A stretch of DNA of 32,000 nucleotides from Halomicronema hongdechloris C2206 (GTDB lineage Bacteria; Cyanobacteriota; Cyanobacteriia; Phormidesmidales; Phormidesmidaceae): contig NZ_CP021983.2 of the NCBI RefSeq assembly GCF_002075285.3, positions 1,170,001 through 1,202,000 of the forward strand. The letters run 5' to 3'. Position 1 is the first letter of the stretch. Each line of letters opens with the position of its first letter. The notes under the pieces are model-generated. The model saw only the letters and a list, made by a program, of their open reading frames with translations, was not told the origin of the DNA and did not search any database. Both the position numbers and the translations under genes were made by a program. Below, piece by piece: positions 27,162 through 32,000 of the stretch.

Positions 27162-29132
27162 GTGATATCTCTGAACTCGCGCACTATTTTGGGCCTCAAT
27201 CAAGAGGCGTATCAAAAACTGCGATTAACTCTGAGTTTAAATCTGCGCCGTCAAATTTTGATGGCCATTTGTGATGACTACACGTTGCAGCGACGACTAG
27301 CGGCTCAGTTAGAGACAGATTTGCCATCTCTACCAGCAGCTGATAATTCTGTCGAGCTGGTGTCCATACAGCTTTCTCCGAGATCTCCTGATCTGCCCCG
27401 CCAGATTTGGATGTGGCTTAAGGCTCAACGGGCCGCCTCCTCTCAAACTTCCCTGCCCCATCTGCAGATATTGGGTATTGAGCAACTGACCCGTCAGCCC
27501 GCCAGTGCCCAGCAGCAATTTCTAGCCACCCTGCGACACCTGGAGCGGCTCTTGCCCCACCTCGAGAGCACTGTGATCATCTGGCTCACCCGCCCCTGGG
27601 CTCGTAAAATTCAACAATCTGTGCCACGGGTCTGGCAGTGCCGTAGCGGCTTATTCGAATTTGTGGCTGAACCCATTCCCCTGGCTACGCCCCAAGCCCT
27701 GGGGGGGGAGCCCTCTAAGCCCCATGCCGCCGCAAAACCTACTGCTAATCCAGACGAGGCCGATGTCTGGACCATGCTGACGGAGGATCTGGCCCAGCTA
27801 GATGCCGAATCCTCGGCTGCCGCTTCAACGCTAGGTCTCCAGATACCAGAGGCTGCTCCCAGCTCATCTCTCCCTGCTGCAGATATTTTGACTGATGCAC
27901 CGTTGCAGGGCCTAGAACAAATTGAACAGCACTTTCTCGTTCAAGATGCCTCTCCTCAACAAGCGGCTCGCACCTATCTGCACCTGGGACAGGGATGGCG
28001 CGATCGCATCGAAGCTGGTGAGGGCTCTGCGGTACTGCTAACCGCAGCCATGATGGCCTATGAGCGCGCCTTACCTGGTCTCTCCTCAGAGCTATCTGAA
28101 TGGGCTGACGCCCTTAACGATCTGGGTAGTCTGTACTGGCTGCAGGCCCAGCAGACGGTGAGTCCCACGGATCAGCTATCTTGGCTACACCGTAGTGTTG
28201 AAACCTATGAACAAGTATTAGGCACTCAGGATTTTCCTGGGGCCAGCGATACTCTGCTGCGGGTGAACCAAAACCTAGGGGCCGTCTATTGCCTCCTGGC
28301 CAACTATCAAGATCCAGCCAGCAACCTATACCGGGCTATCCAGGCCTATCATCGGGCCCTGCAACAGCGGCCTATGGAGGCTGCCCCAGCAGACTACGGC
28401 GCCCTACAAAATACCCTAGGGGCCGTATATTGGCGCTTGGCTCAGCATCAGGCTGCCCCGGACAACCTACACCAGGCCATCACTGCTTATACCGAAGCAT
28501 TGAAACATCAATCGCCCCGCACCGCTCCCCTGGACTATGCCATGGTGCAGACTAATTTAGGTATTGCCTACTGGAGTTTGGCCCAATACGAGCGGCCTGT
28601 GGTGCTCTTAGAATATGCCATCGACGCCTATCGGTCGGCCCTAGCCTTTCGGACCCCCACCACCGATTTAATTGGCTACGCGGCTACCCAAAATAATCTG
28701 GGCACCACCTATTGGGATTTAGCCCGATACCAGAAGCATCTCTCTGAGGCTCAAATCGATTTGTGGCAACGGTCTCTAGAGGCCTATGAGCAGGCTATTA
28801 CCGCCGCCCAGCAACTACAGCAACAAGGAGGGCCTGCTCTCAATTTCGATCTTTGGGCCACTTATCACAGTGCTGGCGTTGTCCATGATCAGTTGGCTCT
28901 CTATGGTCCCCAGACCGCCGGTAGTTGCCAAGGCCACTTACAGCAGGCATTGCAGTACTTTCTGATGGCCTTAGCAGGGTGGCAAGGGGACCCAGACAGC
29001 TATGCCATGGCCCTTTCGGGCATCGTGCACAGTGTACGCCATCACTACGAGTTGCTCGGTATCGATGGCCAGCAGCAGGCGTTCTCTCAGATTCCGGCCC
29101 AGTATTTACCGGAGATTTTACCGCGGCTTTAG
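27162..29132 (+). CDS. Large TPR-repeat protein with an uncharacterised ~170-aa N-terminal domain and a Pro/Ala/Ser linker
   Basis: 656 aa, GTG start. The C-terminal half contains at least five roughly 41-aa repeats of the form NLG.VYW.LA....P..NL..AI.AY..AL (for example LQNTLGAVYWRLAQHQAAPDNLHQAITAYTEALK). Confidence 0.75.
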   Translation: MISLNSRTILGLNQEAYQKLRLTLSLNLRRQILMAICDDYTLQRRLAAQLETDLPSLPAADNSVELVSIQLSPRSPDLPRQIWMWLKAQRAASSQTSLPHLQILGIEQLTRQPASAQQQFLATLRHLERLLPHLESTVIIWLTRPWARKIQQSVPRVWQCRSGLFEFVAEPIPLATPQALGGEPSKPHAAAKPTANPDEADVWTMLTEDLAQLDAESSAAASTLGLQIPEAAPSSSLPAADILTDAPLQGLEQIEQHFLVQDASPQQAARTYLHLGQGWRDRIEAGEGSAVLLTAAMMAYERALPGLSSELSEWADALNDLGSLYWLQAQQTVSPTDQLSWLHRSVETYEQVLGTQDFPGASDTLLRVNQNLGAVYCLLANYQDPASNLYRAIQAYHRALQQRPMEAAPADYGALQNTLGAVYWRLAQHQAAPDNLHQAITAYTEALKHQSPRTAPLDYAMVQTNLGIAYWSLAQYERPVVLLEYAIDAYRSALAFRTPTTDLIGYAATQNNLGTTYWDLARYQKHLSEAQIDLWQRSLEAYEQAITAAQQLQQQGGPALNFDLWATYHSAGVVHDQLALYGPQTAGSCQGHLQQALQYFLMALAGWQGDPDSYAMALSGIVHSVRHHYELLGIDGQQQAFSQIPAQYLPEILPRL

Positions 29133-29365
29133 AGGAGAGGAGAGAGTGGGGGAGTGGGGAAAGCGGGGGAGTGGGAGAGTGGAGAGTGAAGAGTGGAGAG
29201 TGAAGAGTGGAGAGTGTAGGGCGTTGGCGTAGCCTGCCCGGAGGGCTTAGCCCGTGCGTAGGGCTGTGCCCGTGCGAAGCAGCAGAGTGAAGAGTGAAGA
29301 GTGAAGGGCTGTGGCCGTGCGTAGCAGCAGAGTGGGCGGGTGGATGAGTAGACGAGTGAGTGGGT
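29133..29365. repeat. Composite repeat element: heptamer arrays (GGAGAGT/GAAGAGT, GAGTGAA), 25-nt core shared with 17485-17509, and a nested 29-nt direct repeat
   Basis: 29174-29215 is GGAGAGT GGAGAGT GAAGAGT GGAGAGT GAAGAGT GGAGAGT. 29285-29305 is GAGTGAA x3. 29261-29289 and 29306-29334 are 27/29 identical. The reverse complement of 29226-29250 differs at 2 of 25 positions from 17485-17509. Confidence 0.9.
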
Positions 29366-29386
29366 AAAGGAGACAGGGAACAGAGT

Positions 29387-29408
29387 AGGGGCGCGGCAAC
29401 CGCGCCCC
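29387..29408. terminator. GC hairpin between convergent TPR and choice-of-anchor genes (possible terminator, no U-tract)
   Basis: GGGGCGCGG-CAAC-CGCGCCCC: an 8-9 bp GC stem (the ninth G-C pair would leave only a 2-nt loop), about 30 nt downstream of the minus-strand stop at 29441. Confidence 0.4.
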
Positions 29409-29440
29409 ATGCAGAAAACTCACGACATGCAGAAAGTAGC

Positions 29441-31171
29441 CTAGGCCTGGCGGCGCCGCTTCAGTCCCATCAGTCCCAGGGAACCGACAGCCAGTAAACC
29501 CGCCATTGAAGCTGGCTCAGGCACCTCTACCGAGTAGAGGGTAGTGGTGCCGCTGACCTCATTGGTGACTGCCAACAGGTCTTCGCCAGTGGGGCTATTG
29601 GCTGACGAGATGAACACTAGCCCTTCTGGTCCCAAATCACCAACCTCTTGGAAGTTAGTTTCATCAAAGTCCGTTAGGAAATCCCGGTCGTTGACGTAGG
29701 TGAGGAAGGTGGGGCTTTCGGGATTGGTGATGTCATACATCATGACGCCGCCGATGCGCTCGAGGCCGATGAAGGCAAAGGTACGACCGTTGATCTCGCC
29801 CACGGTAATGCCTTCCGGTTCGGGGCCCTTAGCATCGCTGCGGCTGTCGAAGTCGTTCTCGTCGTTGTCGGTGTTGAAGGCTTCTTGCGGCAAGACGCCT
29901 TGGGCAATCAGGTCAGCGATGATTTGCTCGAACTGGTCGCCGCTGTCGAAGACCAGGTTGCCCTCTTCATCGAAGATGGAGAAGGACCGTCCCCCAAAGA
30001 CATGCAACTCTTCAATGAGGCCGTCGCCATCCATGTCACCGGTAGCGTTAGTAAAGTCAATTTCCCCCAGCTTGTCTGCTGCCAGTAGATCGGCCACGGT
30101 CTCCCCGGTGCTGGGATCAACTACTGTAGTCTCGGTGTCGGCGATGCCGTCGTTATTCAGGTCGAGGAGACCGTCTTCCAGTAAATCCTCTAGGTCAGTC
30201 TCTTCACTGAAGGCATCATAGTCGCGGGCATCCCCTTCGTTAGCGGTGACCACAAAGGTCTGACCGCCGGCTTCGTAGGTTGCGATCGCATCGGGCTGCC
30301 GCATACCTAGTACCGGTAGATTTTGGATATTAATGCCATCCTCATCGCTGGCATCCAGAGCATTACCAGGCAGGCTGTGATCCTTAAATCCAAGGGACAC
30401 GATATCAGTGAATTCACCACTGGTCAGGTCTAAGATGCCCAAGGCATTGTTTTCCTGCAGGGACACATAGGCCTTGGTGGAATCTCCAGAGACGGCGATA
30501 AACTCAGGCTCTAAGTCCTGGGAGACACTGGCCCCAGGGCCAAAGATACGCACGCCCTGGGCCATCAGATCATCCTTTTGGCTATCGAAGGCATTGAAGT
30601 TCGCCGTTTTGACGTTGCCGTCGGTGAGGCCGAGAATATCCCCCGACACATTGATGATACTCACCGACCCTTCCGGATCCACCGTGTAATCATCGCTGGG
30701 TTCTCCCTCATTGGCCACCAACAGAGTCTTGCCATCGGGGGTAAAGGTGAGCATATCCGGTAGAGCACCCACCGTCAGGGTATTGAGTAGACTGCCATTG
30801 GTATCGAAAAATACGACACTGCCATTCTCTTGGGGATTGCTGGCCTCCACCGCCGCAGCGATGTAGTTGAACCCATTCAGAGAGTTGAAGGCCACACTGT
30901 TGACCCCACCGCCAAAGGAGCTGAGGTCGATAGTATTGACCTTTGCAGGATTGGTTGGATCGACGATGTCGAGGATATCAATGCTGTTGGCGTTAGCATT
31001 GGTCACGAACAGCCGGCTACTGCCATCATAGGCGGCGATTTCTGCCGCTCCTTCATCGAACAAACCAGTTTCAAAGGTACCTAGGGCCTTAAGTCGAGCC
31101 GCCTCAGCCGGAGCCGCCATTGCTCCCAGCAATAGGGCCGCTGGAGCCGCCACAGAAAGAAGTCTTTGCAT
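29441..31171 (-). CDS. Choice-of-anchor I family surface protein with C-terminal PEP-CTERM sorting signal
   Basis: Signal peptide MQRLLSVAAPAALLLGAMAAPAEA. The body matches my recollection of the choice-of-anchor I domain (GAAEIAAYDGSSRLFVTNA..IDILDI, GALPDMLTFTPDGKTLLVANEGEP...DPEGSVSII, EPEGI). The C-terminus VEVPEPASMAGLLAVGSLGLMGLKRRRQA reads as PEP motif, TM helix and Arg cluster. The track start 31213 lies inside a duplicated leader, so ATG 31171 is preferred. Confidence 0.75.
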   Translation of the reverse strand: MQRLLSVAAPAALLLGAMAAPAEAARLKALGTFETGLFDEGAAEIAAYDGSSRLFVTNANANSIDILDIVDPTNPAKVNTIDLSSFGGGVNSVAFNSLNGFNYIAAAVEASNPQENGSVVFFDTNGSLLNTLTVGALPDMLTFTPDGKTLLVANEGEPSDDYTVDPEGSVSIINVSGDILGLTDGNVKTANFNAFDSQKDDLMAQGVRIFGPGASVSQDLEPEFIAVSGDSTKAYVSLQENNALGILDLTSGEFTDIVSLGFKDHSLPGNALDASDEDGINIQNLPVLGMRQPDAIATYEAGGQTFVVTANEGDARDYDAFSEETDLEDLLEDGLLDLNNDGIADTETTVVDPSTGETVADLLAADKLGEIDFTNATGDMDGDGLIEELHVFGGRSFSIFDEEGNLVFDSGDQFEQIIADLIAQGVLPQEAFNTDNDENDFDSRSDAKGPEPEGITVGEINGRTFAFIGLERIGGVMMYDITNPESPTFLTYVNDRDFLTDFDETNFQEVGDLGPEGLVFISSANSPTGEDLLAVTNEVSGTTTLYSVEVPEPASMAGLLAVGSLGLMGLKRRRQA

Positions 31172-31193
31172 GGTAATGATGCCTGTTAACGTC

Positions 31194-31245
31194 ATTTTGC
31201 CGGTGCTAGTCATGTCGTTATTTTGCCGGTGCTAGTCATGTCGTT
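31194..31245. repeat. Perfect 26-bp tandem duplication (2 copies)
   Basis: ATTTTGCCGGTGCTAGTCATGTCGTT at 31194-31219 is repeated exactly at 31220-31245. Confidence 0.95.
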
Positions 31246-31754
31246 GCCTTCTGGTCAGTCTCCCATTTGGGTTTCCGTCTAAGAGGTCAATCACCAAGGA
31301 GTGTGATCCCCTCTGAGGTGTTCAGTAAGCAACGATTGATACCTAGTGGCATCCAGGTGATTTCACTGAGAAAACTATCGGTAGCCTATAAAGAGGCCGG
31401 AATTGTCGGGTTAACTCTCGGTTAAACCTGGAAACCTTCACGAAGGCTTCAAAATCTTTCCCTTACTCGCTCATCTGAACTTTGAATAAACAGTCCGTAC
31501 GTTCCCAAACGTTACGGTTGCATGCCAAGGGGAAAGCCTTGCGCCAGAATATCCACTGACGCTGGCAAGGAGGGAATCACTCAGGCACCAGGAACAGACA
31601 TCAGTGCCGATATCTGCAGGTGACCCTTGACAATAATGATGGCCACCGTTGCCGCATAGGCGGCATAGAGTTTATCGCCTGGGAAGCCACACACTAAAAT
31701 GAGAGTGTATTGGGAGTGTCCTACTATAACTCTCCCAAGCCACGGGATTGTGTG

Positions 31755-31790
31755 CCAGATAGCTCCCCAGATAGCCCCCAGATAGCCCCG
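31755..31790. repeat. About three tandem copies of a 12-mer (CCAGATAGC[T/C]CC)
   Basis: CCAGATAGCTCC CCAGATAGCCCC CAGATAGCCCCG, read directly. Confidence 0.7.
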
Positions 31791-31875
31791 TAGTCTAGAG
31801 CGTTGATTGTTGCCGGTTGTTCTCGGCGATCCGGCCAACGCTAGCTACTTTTTTTACCGTTTCACGAACCCCTTA

Positions 31876-32000
31876 GTGCTTGACCTCGATCGACTATTCC
31901 CCTTTCCTTTAGATGACTTTCAGCGCCAAGCCATTGACGCCCTAGAGGCTAATCGCTCCGTCGTGGTCTGCGCCCCCACCGGTTCCGGCAAGACCCTAAT
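31876..32000 (+). CDS. DEAD/DEAH-box (Ski2-like) helicase, N-terminal fragment running off the window
   Basis: From GTG 31876: (M)LDLDRLFPFPLDDFQRQAIDALEANRSVVVCAPTGSGKTL. This shows the Q-motif-like FQ..AI and Walker A APTGSGKT in the arrangement typical of Ski2/HelY-type SF2 helicases. Start codon uncertain; in-frame TTGs at 31807 and 31810 are also open. Confidence 0.7.
   Translation, partial: MLDLDRLFPFPLDDFQRQAIDALEANRSVVVCAPTGSGKTL

Noticed and set aside
28925-29410. ORFs 29129-29410 (-), 28925-29203 (+) and 29002-29232 (+)
   Set aside because: Same reason as the locus A ORFs: they are repeat arrays translated (HSSLSTLHSPLSHSP, GEWGKRGSGRVESEEWRVKSGE), partly overlapping the TPR gene end.
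29700-30221. 173-aa + strand ORF antisense to the choice-of-anchor gene
   Set aside because: The Ser-rich low-complexity translation is produced by reading the Asp/Glu/Gly-rich gene on the opposite strand.
31581-31838. 85-aa minus-strand ORF upstream of the helicase gene
   Set aside because: It has a TTG start with no ribosome-binding site. Its GAIWGAIW segment is the translation of the 12-mer tandem repeat at 31755-31790. I cannot exclude a small membrane protein, but there is no positive support.

Overview
Chromosomal segment of a GC-rich cyanobacterium, identified by rbcL-rbcX-rbcS, pcyA, a class II FBP/SBPase, a PEP-CTERM protein and frequent HIP1 GCGATCGC palindromes.

Gene content, left to right:
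- feoB 5' part (-)
- a PAS-GGDEF-EAL c-di-GMP sensor gene (+), cleanly split by a 1147-bp IS630-family element
- a CheY-like receiver, a DUF790/Bax1-like nuclease homologue and panB (all -, tightly spaced)
- a secreted seven-bladed propeller (-)
- rbcLXS (+), ending in a bidirectional terminator
- hemA and a glpX-type FBP/SBPase (-)
- pgi (+)
- a membrane-anchored double-HKD phospholipase-D-family protein carrying a canonical EF-hand loop (+)
- an ABC-2 type exporter pair plus an 80-aa Trp-rich membrane protein (+)
- a DnaQ-like exonuclease with a C-terminal HTH (-)
- ilvB with a C-terminal zinc ribbon (+)
- an ftsL-like gene and ftsI (+)
- gmk and pcyA (-)
- a large TPR protein (+)
- a choice-of-anchor-I / PEP-CTERM surface protein (-)
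- the start of a Ski2-like helicase (+)

I found no rRNA, tRNA or CRISPR array. I do not see a convincing new multi-gene system such as a defence island; most of the window is housekeeping DNA.

Five things are not explained by routine annotation:
1. A dispersed composite repeat family built from heptamer tandem arrays, a shared 25-nt core, nested direct repeats, stacked hairpins and a G-quadruplex motif, present at two 3'-intergenic loci.
2. An orphan Bax1/DUF790 gene with no XPB helicase partner. It is wedged between panB and a receiver gene and lacks a canonical start codon for its conserved N-terminus.
3. The very recent-looking IS630 insertion at a CTAG target, with an A9 slippery run in the transposase.
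4. The EF-hand insert in the PLD protein.
5. A perfect 26-bp tandem duplication that creates an overlapping uORF ahead of the PEP-CTERM gene.

All family calls come from reading the translations by eye. No database search was possible.
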